Origin: Podarcis cretensis
Lineage: Eukaryota
Assembly: GCA_951804945.1 (NCBI GenBank)
Contig: OX638162.1
Coordinates: 35,278,001-35,342,000, forward strand
Length of the DNA stretch: 64,000 nt
Direction: 5' to 3'
A program made the position numbers and the translations under genes. Numbering within the stretch: position 1 is the stretch's first letter; every line of letters starts with the position of its first letter. A model generated the notes under the pieces. It had not been told where the DNA came from. It saw only the letters and a list, made by a program, of their open reading frames with translations, and searched no databases. Positions 1 through 13,116 of the stretch are shown here, piece after piece.

Positions 1-3000
1 AAGTACCCTCCGCAGCAGCCATTGACTGCAAATCCATCAGGACAGCTCCAGAATTCTTCCCTCATCCTCTCTTCCATTTAAACACTAGCAGAGATGACTG
101 ACACGTTCTAATGAGGAGTCACAAAATGCACAGATGATTTCAAGCTACTGAAAAACAGCAATCCTATAAAATTGAAGGACTGAGAAGTTTACAGGTATGG
201 TTGACTGCCTGAGCAACCTGCCAGTCTCTGAAAGATTTCTATTTTGGTATAATGAAAAGGAAGTAGGTTGATATGCATATGAGAAGTGGACATTGACTTA
301 AAAACATTTCACTGTATTTCTGAAGACTGGACACACCAGTAGAATAATAGCCATAGTCTAGGAAGCTTAATTGGGCTTGTTTTCTGCATCATGGCTGTCA
401 GGCCTCAAGAGATGCTTGAAGGAATTTAAATATAATATTCTTAAAAAATAAAAAAAAACCTTTTGAGACAGGACCCAAACAAGGAAGGAAAATGAGAATT
501 GGTCAAGGCTTAATCCATTATTTTTAATGACCTTCAATTGGAAACATTTAACAGAACAGCAAGTGGCACAGTTGAAAGAGAAAGCAGCAACATTCATATG
601 CTAATAAGTTCAGCTCACCTATTCTATACTGAGCTTCTTGCATGATTATTTCAAAGCTAAGTGCATGGAAAAGAAACAAATTGAATATAGGCACATACCA
701 TGCAATAGCTGAAACAATGATAATCTCTTATAAAGAGGCAAGCACACACACACACTAAGCAGTTCCTTCAGAAAGTACAGCTCTCTGTGACTTATGAGCA
801 CAAATGGGGGATTCACTTGTCAAATCAATCTTATGGCAGTATTATGTGCCTGATGATACTAACCAGTATTTGCAGCTGAAGTACTATATCAGTTTCTCCA
901 CTGCCATTTGCAAAACCTGCAGTTAAAAAAAATCTAAAACAATAGTTCTTAATGGCCACTCCCAATACAACGTTACTGGTTTTTGTTTTTCAACTACTAA
1001 ATAAAATGTTATTAACAACAAAAATTGTGTGTGTGTGTGTGTGTGTGTCTTCTTTACTTGATGCTGTTAGTCACAGAGTGAAGGGGCCATCTGCATTTCC
1101 TGGAGTGGGGGGTGGGGATTCCATGCTCAGGGAGCCATTACTGAGAAGGTCCTATCCTGTGTCACAGCCAGCAGGCTACAAGTATTAGTGGGACATTGAG
1201 AATGGCTCTCCCTACCAATTATCCCTTTGGGGGCAGTCACATTCCTCACCCCACCCCCCAGTGCAATGGATTTTCTCTGTTTTTATTCCTATTCCAAGTG
1301 GAACCATTGAAATTTATGGGCATGACTAATTTAGGTCAATTACTTCGAGTGGGTCTACTTCGTTTATAACTGAGTTGAATATAGCCCATCATCCCTGTGA
1401 GATTGCCAGTGCTATTGGACACACCCAGCGAAAAAGGACTCCCCCACAGGGTCACATAAGTAGACTGATATTAAATATTTCAGAAAGGGATGGCACATAA
1501 CCATGTGGATCTTTAAACTAATTATTCTTTAAAAATCCTGGTGGAAATGAGATGGAATGGGCTTTGTGTGAAAGGGCCATAAATTGGATCAAGACTTTTC
1601 TGTCCATTCCTGCCTTGATATTATTCCTACTAGAACTTGCTAGATATCCATCAAACTTAAAGAATCATAGCCTTCTCTGTCTCCCTCTCATTTCTTTCTT
1701 TCAGTTATCTGCCTCCAGAGATATTTTAGACAATTTAAGACAGAACACTCACAAAAGACTATAAGAAAAGTCAGTAGTCCTGTGATATGATGAAAACATT
1801 TCTTATCATACGCATATTTTTTAGAGATCTGTCCATATTTGTTTAAAGCTTTCTGTTCCTGATTCAGAGCTTCAGGCTTCTAGTACAGCACAAAACAGTT
1901 TTAAAAAGTTATCTTGGTCTATGTAAGCCTATTCTTTTTAACCATAGTAGGCGTTCGCAATACTTTTCCAAGTCAAGGTTTGCATTTTTCTTTCTTTCTT
2001 CCAGATGCATCTCCCACAAAGCAGGGCAATACCTTGCTATTCATTTGAATGTCATGTTATTTCAATACGTTGAATGTAAAGCTTGCAGCAACAATAAATC
2101 AGAATTTGCTCTGCAAACATATTTGTCAGCACTTTAAAACCTTAGTAACTTTGAAACCTGAATAATCTGAGTGCAAAACCATATTTTCAGACCTATAAAA
2201 CCTAGGTGACTTTAAAGTCTGAAACATATATGAAAAGGCAGCAAATAACTCATGCCACTTGTTTGCTACATTTGCTAAAGCTCCATTTAATAATAATATA
2301 AACACAAAGAGAGCAATCTGCCCACTGTTTTTGCCCAGCTACCAACCTACCTCTCATTAAACAGCTTTCCCATGAGCAGAGAGCTATCTGTGGCAATGCA
2401 ATGATAATTCCTGTGATTCACTCTCAATGCACACTGTCCACATCCACAAAGAAGGTCTTTTATCAACTGGAAGGGGTGGGCATGAACCCAACACATACAC
2501 CAAGGTCCCACTGTCCTGCGTTTTCCCCAAAATGTGAATGTCAGGCCTAAAGGATACCCCTCAAAGCCCATCAGACATAGCAAAATTTTTGACCCCCTAA
2601 AGGGTGCACTTAACCCAGCAATGCCTCAGTATATCTAAATGTTTCCTTCCTCACCTGCATGGACTCAGTGCTGAAAACAGCAACCAAAACATATCACTTC
2701 TAGATGCCAAACATATCCTTCCCAGCTGTGTGAAGTAGTTTTAAAAGGTGGGACCCTAAGTACAGTAATTTGATCTTGTTTCTTTCAAATTGGATTGTAG
2801 TTTGCCTTGCAAACAGTTAACCCAAACCCACCTTGCGTAAGAAGGAAATGGAAAACTACCTGGCAACAAAGAGTTGGGTATATACATCTAATGATGTTTG
2901 TACTTAATAGCACCAATAAAGAGCTGGTGTGCTTCAGGGTTTTTTTTTATTTAAAAAAATCCCTTTTCCAGGCCTTTTGAAGTTTGTTGATTATGATACC

Positions 3001-3826
3001 TAGATTAAATTGGCAACATGACACTAAACTAGCTGAAATGGAAACTTTCCAGTGCATCAACACTATGCACTGTCTTTTAAAATAAAGTCTGATGATGTTT
3101 ATTTCATAACTCAACAAGAAAAAAATTAACTTCTAAGGCCCCTGAAAATCAATTATGTTGAATTTCATCACTAGAGTTTCCCAATTTCCTACTTACCTAT
3201 GTCTTATAAATTATATTAACACACGCTGAGCTTTTAAAAAGAACCGAGTTCATAAACAAGCATCCAAGGATGTGTTAGCAAAGTTCAGATAGGAAAATTT
3301 GCTGAACACAGGACCTACTTGGCATTTTTGAAAGAGTCACTACCTGAAGCCTAAGAATGCCCTGTCAAGCTTATTAATAGCCTTGCAAATCCAACGTATA
3401 ATTTCACCATGCCTAATGAAAAAGAGGCTTCAAAAAATGATTCTCAAAGGCAGAAATAATGCTGGTTAAACATTCTGTTATATCTCTTTGTTTCACCACT
3501 GAATTCACATTTTGGGTGGACATGGATATTCTCCATACTTTGTGTGTGCCTCAAGATATTGTTTCCTGCAGTGTTGTAAAACCGAGTACGAAGGAAAACT
3601 CTGAAACAGTTCGGGGGGGGGGGCAGTGTAAAGGCTCTGTTACTTTGGGATGTGGTGAGGATGGCAGGGGTCCAAACACCAGCCTCACCTACAATTGAGA
3701 ATCAATACCTAAAGAATGAGTTAGGCATCATTAACACTAACACCAACCAACTGGAAAACTTGTAGCTGGTCAACTGTTTTTAATTAGTAATGCAGGAAGC
3801 TACTTGGTCTACACATAACTCTAAGC

Positions 3827-4288
3827 CAAGGGTGAGGAACCTCCAACCTGTGAGCCAGACTTGGCTGTCCAGGCCTCTCTATTTGTTTTACAAGGCTGTT
3901 TGGTGGATCCGCGCACATCTGCGCTATGACATCATATATGATGTCATACATACAGGAACAGCCTAGCACCACTCGCAAAGGACTTTCTTTGAACCCCTGA
4001 AAATAGGAGGCTCAAAAAAAAATAGCACACAGCTGTTTGAAAGCCCTTTGTAAGTAGCTCCACACTGCTCTTTAAACCTCTTGTTTTCAGAGGCTTAAGG
4101 AGCAGTGCAGGGCTGCACACAAATGGCTTTCAAATACCCCATGCTGTACATTCTAGTCTTGACAGGGCTCCAGAAAAGCTCATCGCCAAACTAAATTGCC
4201 AGGAGCTTAACAGGTGGGCAACTTTGAGCAGCATGGGGTGCTGAGATTAGTATCTGCCCCATCAACTAGCAAAGATTTCCCACCACTG
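3827..4288. mobile_element. hAT (Charlie-like) non-autonomous element
   Basis: Imperfect TIR CAAGGGTGAGGAACCT / AGATTTCCCACCACTG; 8-bp TSD CTCTAAGC (3819-3826) / TTCTAAGC (4289-4296). Confidence 0.75.
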
Positions 4289-5726
4289 TTCTAAGCCATG
4301 GCTTGTGGGGCTTAAATGTGGCTTATCTGTGACACAACCACCAGTCCTTGTATTGTATAGCAGTGACTCTGGAGTTTCACAGAGGAGTCTTTCCTTCACC
4401 CACTCCAGCCCTACCTGGAGATGCCAGGGATTGAACTTAAGATCTTTCACATGCTACCTATGTGCTTTATCACTGAGGACAGTGATTCAGTGTATGAAAT
4501 TTAAGCTCCCTTCAGTGTAGGAAATTTAAATGCCACTACTCCTGGAGTTTGTTTTTTAACAAAAAAAATTTGCTGTATTCTTATGGCCTTGTTTATGGGT
4601 TATTGAAATTGTTTTCTTGAAATGCATTATTTTGGTTTTATGCTATGCCTTTTAAAACCTAAAGCTTCTTTTTGTAAGTCACCTGCAGACTTCTCATCAC
4701 AAGGGGCTAGTAAGTCTAAACTGTAAAAACAAAATGTGCATGTTGCCAAACCTTGAGGTTTGAACTAAGGCCACTTTATTTAAGAATAAAACCTATACAA
4801 CCCTTGTAGAGGGGAAATGCTGCTCTACCCCCACCCACAAAGCTGATGGAGCAGTTTAGCCTTGAGGGTAGCCCTATCCACCCATAGAATCACAGAGCAC
4901 AGAGATTTAAGCCCTCAGGTGCCTAAAGTGGGTCACTGGGCTGAAACACAATTACTGCATTCCCTTTCCTGCACCTGAGCTGCCAAAACTGACTGAATTA
5001 AATAGCAGATTAACCTAATTAACAGTAATGCAGGTAAGAAGGTCATCTAAATGTCCACCATCCAGTTGTTATTCAATAAGGAGTAGGCAAAAAAAAAACA
5101 AAAAAACTCAACCCAAACCATTCTGAATTCACCAAAAATCCATACACAGCCCCAAAGTGACCAACAAGTCACACTGAGAGTCAGGGAGGGCAGGTGCTGT
5201 TGCCATGAAAAGAAGAGGGAGGGAGGGAGGCAGCCGCCCAGCCTTTAACTGAACCCACTCCGACCGCAAGTATGTGAGTGATGCAAGAGCATCAGACTGG
5301 CCAGTACTTAGTTGGAATAGGCAATGGAATGAGCTGCCTTTGTAGAACTTGACAGACATATGAGCACTCTTAAGCGAAATACTGCTTTTATTTATATTCA
5401 TTTCCAATTAATATAAAAAATAGTTTCAAAAAGTAATCAGGTGTGGCCTCAAATTACAGCCCCACTGATTAAAATGTGCCAACCCTGATTCAAACTATCA
5501 ACATGGATTTCAAAAAGCAAGCAAGCAATATGCCAAACGACCTAAGCTGCTGTTAGGATTTCACAGTACAGTAAAATGTCTCAATTATCTTAAGCAGTAT
5601 GAGTCAATACGTTTCCTTTTTTACAATTGTAGTGCAAAATACAATGAAGTTTCAGCACATATACACACTGCTAATAGTATTGATTGAATGGGGTAGCATT
5701 CTGCTTTTACCATTCAACCAATGGTA

Positions 5727-6091
5727 AAGGTAAAGGTAAAGGTACCCCTGCCCGTACGGGCCAGTCTTGACAGACTCTGGGGTTGTGCGCCCATCTCACT
5801 TAAGAGGCCAGGGGCCAGCGCTGTCCGGAGACACTTCCGGGTCACGTGGCCAGCGTGACATCGCTGCTCTGGCCAGAGCCAGAGCCGCACACGGAAACGC
5901 CGTTTACCTTCCCGCTGGTAAGCGGTCCCTATTTATCTACTTGCACCTGGAGGTGCTTTCGAACTGCTAGGTTGGCAGGCGCTGGGACCGAGCAGCGGGA
6001 GCGCACCCCGCCGCAGGGATTCGAACCGCCGACCTTTCGATCGGCAAGCCCTAGGCGCTGAGGCTTTAACCCACAGCGCCACCTGCGTCCC
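5727..6091 (-). mobile_element. Sauria (Squam1) SINE, full length, young
   Basis: Minus strand starts GGGACGCAGGTGGCGCTGTGGGTTAAAGCC, has a B-box-like GGTTCGAATCC and ends in an (ACCTTT)n tail. Perfect 13-bp TSD TCAACCAATGGTA at 5714-5726 and 6092-6104. CpG-rich relative to flanks. Confidence 0.95.
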
Positions 6092-7995
6092 TCAACCAAT
6101 GGTACTTCTTACCAATAAGTACACAAACATGTACACACACACACATAATTTCTTTCTTTCTTTCTTGGCTGATAAGGTCAATCATTTGTCAGAGCTCTGA
6201 GTCAGACCCGGGACTATCACAAATTTAATGGTTGTAATTGTAGAGAATGGGCTTTGTAAGCAGATGACTCCAGGGTCAATCCCCATGTAAGGCTGTTGGG
6301 TGAGGTGTTGGGAGACCCATTTTGAACTCTGGACAGCCACTTCCAGTTAGTGGGGAGAATATTGGACTGGATGGGCCAATGACTCAGTTTAAGCCAGCTT
6401 CCTTTATTCCTATGAATAGGTAAAGAAACAGTGATCTATTTCCTTTAATGTTTTATTTCCTTCCTTTATTTATAAATTAATAATAATAATAATAATAATA
6501 GTACAAGTTTACAATTATATCTGAACATACAGATACCCAATTAGAAATTGAAACTGAGAATAAGGAGGAAAAAAGGAAGATAAGGGGGGAATTAAAATGA
6601 GGGGGGGAGCCAGGAATAGAGAGGACAAGCATATAAAATTATAAGCATGACATCAATCGAATAAACTGCCCAAGAGAAACTATAGTCACCTGACAAGGGC
6701 AAAGGGTAACCTGAGATCCAAACACATAATATTGTTAAGTTATCCAGTCAATTTTATTCAACTTTCTGCATCTATTTTATGCACAATCTTAAAAACTCCC
6801 TCCGCCATGTGCATAGCTTGTTTATTTACAAGTCCCTCTTGTGCCGTGAGAAACAAGACTGTTAAGGAGAGGTTCATGTTCTCTAAATAACAAACTAGAT
6901 ATATGCACAAAACGCATTCCTTTGCTTCCTCAGGCCCATGCCTTCAGGAGACCAGCAAATATAGAGTAAGGTCACATTACAGAACCCTCACACTCAGGGT
7001 GTACAAATGCAGCAACGTTTGCATCAGAGGGGAGAAGAGCTGACCTCCCCATCCCCTTGAGTGTCCTTGTAGCTTGACCCATAAAACTAGGCAGAATGTA
7101 CAGCAGCAAAAGATATTTAATCTGCTGTGGGGGAAACTGCCTGTGCAGGACCAGGTTGGCCCATAAGCATTGGAAATCGATAGCTCACAGCCATTTGTTC
7201 CTGATCAGAGCATGATTTGAGGAGAATGTCAAAGCAATCCTTTTTCACAGCACAAAGCCAATTTGTTTTATTTTATTTTATTTTCCACCAGGTCATTTAG
7301 CCGTGTGAGGTGACCCTTGCAATGCAGTGAAAATCAAATATTTCTACCAGACTGACTTTTCTTGTTCTCCTGATGTGCGCTGGAAAGCTTTGATCCTCTG
7401 GGGCCTGGGTGAAGCAAAGAGGCAACTTTTAACAGGGAAAGTTACAGAGAAGGGGGAAAGCAGCAGGTGGGTGAGGGAAGTAAAGAGGGGGAGAAATGGG
7501 CCTCTTGATTCTGTGCTCAGACTAAAAAGGGAATGTTTCTCCAAAGCTAAAAGAATGTGGCATTTCCTCAGCTGGAGCCAGTGAAAGTGTGCTGGTCTCA
7601 GAAATCGCCTTCATCTAACAGCACCCGGCCACCTGCTCCTTGAATTCTGCTGTTAAAAGACGTTAGCAGACCATCTGTTATGGGGTGGCACGCTGAGGAT
7701 TTTTGGTCCTGTTCATATTTATGGGGGGGAAAGCAGCGGTATTTAATCAATCTGCTTGGAATTGCTTTATATGATTAGCGTGTAATGATTCAGGTAGGTC
7801 ATGGACACGGACATCTTTTTTATTACTGCATTAGACAGCTAGAAGCACACATCAATCCCATAAAAGATACAAGGGTTGATGCACTTTGGGGGAAATATAT
7901 TCAGCCACCAAAGAAAACAATAATAATAAAAAATGCAAATGTGATTGATAATGACTCTTACAAGGAGGAGGGAGGGACAGGAAGAGGGTTAGCTT

Positions 7996-8133
7996 NNNNN
8001 NNNNNNNNNNNNNNNNNNNNNNNNNNNNNNNNNNNNNNNNNNNNNNNNNNNNNNNNNNNNNNNNNNNNNNNNNNNNNNNNNNNNNNNNNNNNNNNNNNNN
8101 NNNNNNNNNNNNNNNNNNNNNNNNNNNNNNNNN
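7996..8133. other. Assembly gap (138 N)
   Basis: Run of N. Confidence 1.
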
Positions 8134-8299
8134 AAAGGGTGTCAAAAGAAGTAACAGGTGCTACCCAGCACCTGGAATCCTTGTTCCTTACATGGCCCTG
8201 TGATTATGCCTGCCCTGCCCACTAACTTTATCCCTTCCTGGTCAGGTGGCTAAATCTATGCATCTTTTGCATTTCCCACAATGCCTATGCTTTTTAGGG

Positions 8300-8660
8300 C
8301 AGTGCCAAGGAAACTTTTTCAGCCGAGGGGCCACATTTCCTTATGGGCAGCCTTTCAGAGGCCACACACGTTCAGATCGGTGGGGCCAGAGGCAAAAATA
8401 CATGGGACCACAGATGTGAACTTTGTCACACTTTAGCCACACAAAAGTCAGAGGTTTCTACACCCTACCTTCCCATATTCTATCCAAACAAGCGAGAGAC
8501 ATTATTACAGTTGAAGTACACATTTCCCGACAGACAAAAGCACTTGAGGGGGGTGAGGGGCATGACAATTAAGGGATGTTGCATGGGTATGACCTAACGA
8601 GAGTCCCAAGGCAGTGATGAAATTTGGCCCACAGCTGAGAACATCAGGGTCTTCAGAAAC
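8300..8660. mobile_element. Degraded hAT-type element (similar start at ~53257)
   Basis: CAGTGCCAAGGAAACTTTTTCAGCCGAGGGGCCACATT resembles a Charlie-type left end; right boundary uncertain. Confidence 0.45.
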
Positions 8661-8676
8661 CCACTCTGAACACAGT

Positions 8677-9055
8677 AACATAAAAAGACCCTGCTGAATC
8701 AGGCCAGTCGCTCACCTAGCCAAGCATCTTGTTTGGTCTCCCCACCCAGATGCCTGTGCGAAACCTGCAAACAGGACCCGAGCACAAGAACACTCTCCCA
8801 TCCTATGACTTCCAGCAACTGGCATTCAAAAGTATTACTGCCTCCAATCATGGAGGCAGATTATTGCCAACAAGGCTAGTAGCTATTTGATAGCCTTAGC
8901 CTCCATAAACTTGTCCAGCCCTCCTTTGAAGCCATCCCAATGGTGGTTATCCAGTGTCTCCTGTGGGAGTGAGTTCCAGAGATTAACTACGTGCTGCATG
9001 AAGAAGTACTTTATTTTATCTGTCCTGAATTTTCCAACATTCAGCTTTATTGGAT
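8677..9055 (-). mobile_element. CR1 LINE 3' fragment
   Basis: Minus-strand translation KFRTDKIKYFFMQHVVNLWNSLPQE...DGFKGGLDKFME is a typical CR1 ORF2 C-terminus, followed by the squamate CR1 3'UTR. Confidence 0.88.
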
Positions 9056-10524
9056 ATGATATTTGCAGTGCACACTGATGGCAAAGTGAATTCACTTTGC
9101 CCAACCCTTGATGCAACGGTTAACACAAAGCATAGGGAAGTTCCAACCACAACATCTGAACCAGCTGTGTGGGATCACTTTTAGTTATGGCGGCATTTGG
9201 ATGTAGAAAAGAGGCTGGCAGCTGCATGTTTGATGAATGCACATATATTTTACTGCTGGTTGCCAGATTTGAGATTTTCTGTGCCAAACAGCAAGTTTTC
9301 TTGGGCCAGCTCTGCAAGTTTGCCCTCTTTCCATGGTTCTTGGATGTCCAATGCTGATGCTGGAAGTTCTACAGCTTCACAGGCCATGGAAATAGCAATA
9401 CCTGGATTTATTTGCAGAAACCTATCTTGCGCAGCAAATTGTATAAGCTTCTTTTGTTTCTGAGTCAACTGAATGGATACTATTTTAAAAATACGACATC
9501 ATTTAAAGTATTAAGAGTGTTATCATTAAAGTGTCACATACACATCAAAAGGGCTCTCTTTTTAAATATCTCTTTAGTAGATTACTCACCTGTATATTGT
9601 CCAAAATAAAATTCTAACTAGAATACTATAATAGCCATCCTATAAATCAGTAATGTACTACATGTGTAGGTCATGTCACAGGCGAATAGAGCAAAATGTC
9701 TGGCCATATGGTGGACTTAAGAGCCAGCTCATCTACATTCTCTGTTACCAGGCAACGTCTCGGACTTCAGTCTCAGATTGGCTAAATAATAATGACCCCT
9801 TAACCCTTAAAAATGATTGATATTCACAGTACTAGTCAGGTTACAATCACAAGGGGGAAATACTGGCAGCAATTAGGCACTAAGGAATTTGGCAACATTC
9901 AAACATTTTCCCCAAATCCAAAAGTATCATTATTGTTTCCTTTATGTGATTCAAATCTATAGGCTTGTTTCTACAAGGCTTCTTCTCCCTACCTTAGTCT
10001 GTGTGTGCAGATATTGAAATATATTAATCATACACAAATTGTTTGGCATCCTAACAATGCCCCACTAATTAGCCCAGGAACTGCCACCTCCCATAAGTTG
10101 GAAATCCCTCCACCACCTGTGCCTTGCTGTGCTCTGGTGACACAATTTCTTTTTCACCATTTCCCCCCAACATGTCAACTGTGTCAAATGCTGCTTACTG
10201 CCACAATGCTGCTCCATGACAGATAGGACCGCTTGTGGCAGAGATGAAAAACTAAAGAGTAACAGGCACATTTAGCAATGAAAGGAACAGATTTGTAAAG
10301 CTTGCTCAGGATGAATAGCTGCTACTTGGAAGTATAGCCAAAACACCTTTCCTTGAAATTCTAACTTCCCCACCCCCTTATGGCAAAGAGGAGAGTTATT
10401 AGGTACATAAGCACTTTCCCCTTGTAAATTACATTTGCATTCCACTGTGGTTTTCGGACTGTATTCTAGGGAAACCCTGGGCTTTCTCAGAGACTTATTC
10501 CTCAAGGAGAAAACTGGGTAACTA

Positions 10525-10659
10525 CAGTGGTACCTCGGGTTAACAACTTAATTCATTCTGGAGGTCTGTTCTTAACCTGAAACTGTTCTTAACCCAAGGT
10601 ACTATTTCTGGGTTAGTGGAGTCTGTAAGCTGAAGAGTCTGTAACTCGAGGTACCACTA
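10525..10659. mobile_element. Tc1/mariner MITE, internally deleted form of the 37023 family
   Basis: TA|CAGTGGTACCTCGGGTTA ... TAACTCGAGGTACCACTA|TA; both arms are colinear with the 37023 copy. Confidence 0.88.
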
Positions 10660-10839
10660 TACAGGGGAGCTTGCCTACTGGTCCTAAATTTCCCCCTTCA
10701 ATATGCAGACAACAGGTGAATGTTGAATACATTCTTCCAGGACACACTCTCAGTCCACACGATGAAACAGAAAAGCCAAAGGACAGGGCCAGAATGACAA
10801 TATTATGATGCCCCCATTCAAAATAAAAACAATATTAAT

Positions 10840-10841
<2 letters not shown>

Positions 10842-10877
<36 letters not shown>
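10842..10877. repeat. (AT)n microsatellite
   Basis: Direct reading of the sequence. Confidence 0.95.
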
Positions 10878-10883
<6 letters not shown>

Positions 10884-11115
10884 ACATAAAACTTACATGT
10901 ATGCTGAAATGTACATGCATGGATGTCATGTGCAACACATGACAGGGTCTACTTCCTCACATCATTTTGATTTAAACTAGTAGGACACCCTCTGGTTTAG
11001 TTGGTGACAATAAATAAAAAGAACAAAAATGGAGAAAGAGTGTGCACTGGAGTGTAAGGAAGTCTAAGAATTCTGACTTTTCCCATTATGACTACTTCAG
11101 TGCTTTTGTGAAATA

Positions 11116-11479
11116 AAAGGTAAAGGTAAAGGTACCCCTGCCCGTACGGGCCAGTCTTGACAGACTCTGGGGTTGTGCGCCCATCTCACTTAAGAGGCCA
11201 GGGGCCAGCGCTGTCCGGAGACACTTCCGGGTCACGTGGCCAGCGTGACATCGCTGCTCTGGCGAGCCAGAGCCGCACACGGAAACGCCGTTTACCTTCC
11301 CGCTGGTAAGCGGTCCCTATTTATCTACTTGCACCCGAAGGTGCTTTCGAACTGCTAGGTTGGCAGGCGCTGGGACTGAGCAGCGGGAGCGCACCCCGCC
11401 GCAGGGATTCAAACCGCCGACCTTTCGATCGGCAAGCCCTAGGCGCTGAGGCTTTAACCCACAGCGCCACCTGCGTCCC
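11116..11479 (-). mobile_element. Sauria (Squam1) SINE, full length, young
   Basis: Differs from the 5727 copy at only a handful of positions. (ACCTTT)n tail. TSD TTTTGTGAAATA at 11104-11115 and 11482-11493. Confidence 0.95.
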
Positions 11480-12910
11480 TTTTTTGTGAAATAGCAAATG
11501 TCAAATTATTTCCAATTCTCTCTCCCTCTCCCTCCCTACCCCCCTGCTTTGTTAGTGCTCTAAGCATGTGTTTGGTCTGCCTATTGGGTAATCCAGCACT
11601 GCCAAACGAGCTGGACCCACAAGCAACATGAACTGGGTGCACCATGGAACACCCTCCCAAATCTTCTGCAATATCCAGAAACTTTGTAGGAAATGTGCTA
11701 CATGCAGACAAAGTAGCATGCAAATGGTTCTATGAATGAAGTGTGAAAACCTTGAGAATGTCTAATTTCTATGGAGCGAGACAATATCTACTCAGAAAGG
11801 CCTCATTTTTCAGACAACACTATTGTTCAGTGGGAGTTAATGATCCCAACTAGGGTCCAACTAGTGTGTGTACAACAATACTTTCCTGGTCCCTTCCCAA
11901 CCCCTCAGGTTCAGTCCTCAAAACCCATCAATGAATGTGGAATGGCATGTGATAGCATGCGACAGTGTGAGGCTCCATATCATGTTGGGTCGAAGTCAAC
12001 AATGATCCTACATTTTGTGGAATTGCTTTAGACAGATTGCAGTTTTATTTAGGAGAGAATAAGGTATGAATTAATTACAAAACTTAGGTACAACTGTATT
12101 TCTAGGCTCAGGATGTGTGTTCATGGATGATTACTTTCCTTACTGCAACCCATTCAAGTCCTTTATGATATAAATACACACTGGTGGATCAAACTAAGAA
12201 CATGCATGGTTCAGTAAATGTTACCAGCTTACAATGCTAAAAGTAAAATGGGACACTTTGGAAAAGTATGGGGAAAACAAATTAATCCAAAATGACGTTG
12301 TCACATCTAATCTTTTGTTTTTGTTTTTAAGTGAGAAAATTAACAAAAAATGTAAGCTGTAATTATTCAAAAACATCAGTAAATTTATTCCTTATATTAA
12401 TCCAAAAGATCTAGAGGACTGAGAATACTGGCTAATCTTTCAGGGAACAACAAAAACATTACTTTCTACTGTTTTCAGCTGGTATACACAAACACACAAC
12501 TATGAGGAAATGAGAAATCCACACATGACCCATTAAGTAATTCAGATTTCTGTTTCATTATAGACCATTTTCATTGTGATTTACTCATTTGTCCACAAGG
12601 AACAGATTCAAATACTGCTTAAGGAGATATCTATTAATCACATTATCAGCACACCCCCACCCCCACTCAACTGTCTCCTTCCTTTCCCTCTTTCCAACTC
12701 CTCAACTACAGGGTTCTCACAACAAACTTTTAATCACAGACTCATATTCAACAGAACACAACAATCTTTCCATTTTGTGCAGCTGAAGATGCAAATCAAG
12801 CTGGGGTGAGGCTTGAGAACTATGCATTCCATCAACATAGAAAAGAAACCAGAGAGAGTTGCACTTACAGAATGAATGCTCCGCTCTAGAAAACTGTAGG
12901 CTCCACTTAC

Positions 12911-12931
12911 ATGAGGCTTCTGTGTAGTTTC
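12911..12931 (-). other. Candidate 21-nt microexon of an unidentified minus-strand gene
   Basis: Minus strand reads ttttgtgtttgtttttattttcag|GAAACTACACAGAAGCCTCAT|gtaagt: long U-rich tract, CAG acceptor, consensus GTAAGT donor, length divisible by 3, no stop in any frame. No transcript evidence. Confidence 0.35.
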
Positions 12932-13116
12932 CTGAAAATAAAAACAAACACAAAACCCATCACACTATGTTCTTGCTGCACCATCCTCCACATTTTATCC
13001 TAACCTTAAGAGTACAAAGAATTAGGAGAGGCAAAAGTAAGTATATATTCACACAGCAAATAGTTACTCTATGGAATTTACTCCTACAAATATTTAGTGA
13101 TTGCCACCAACTGGGA

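Noticed and set aside
7785-8225. 146-aa and 97-aa ORFs
   Set aside because: Artefacts of translating through the N gap.
9250-9468. 72-aa ORF with superficially protein-like composition (EPWKEGKLAELAQENLL)
   Set aside because: Non-ATG start, no flanking splice signals, no family recognised; several overlapping ORFs on both strands.
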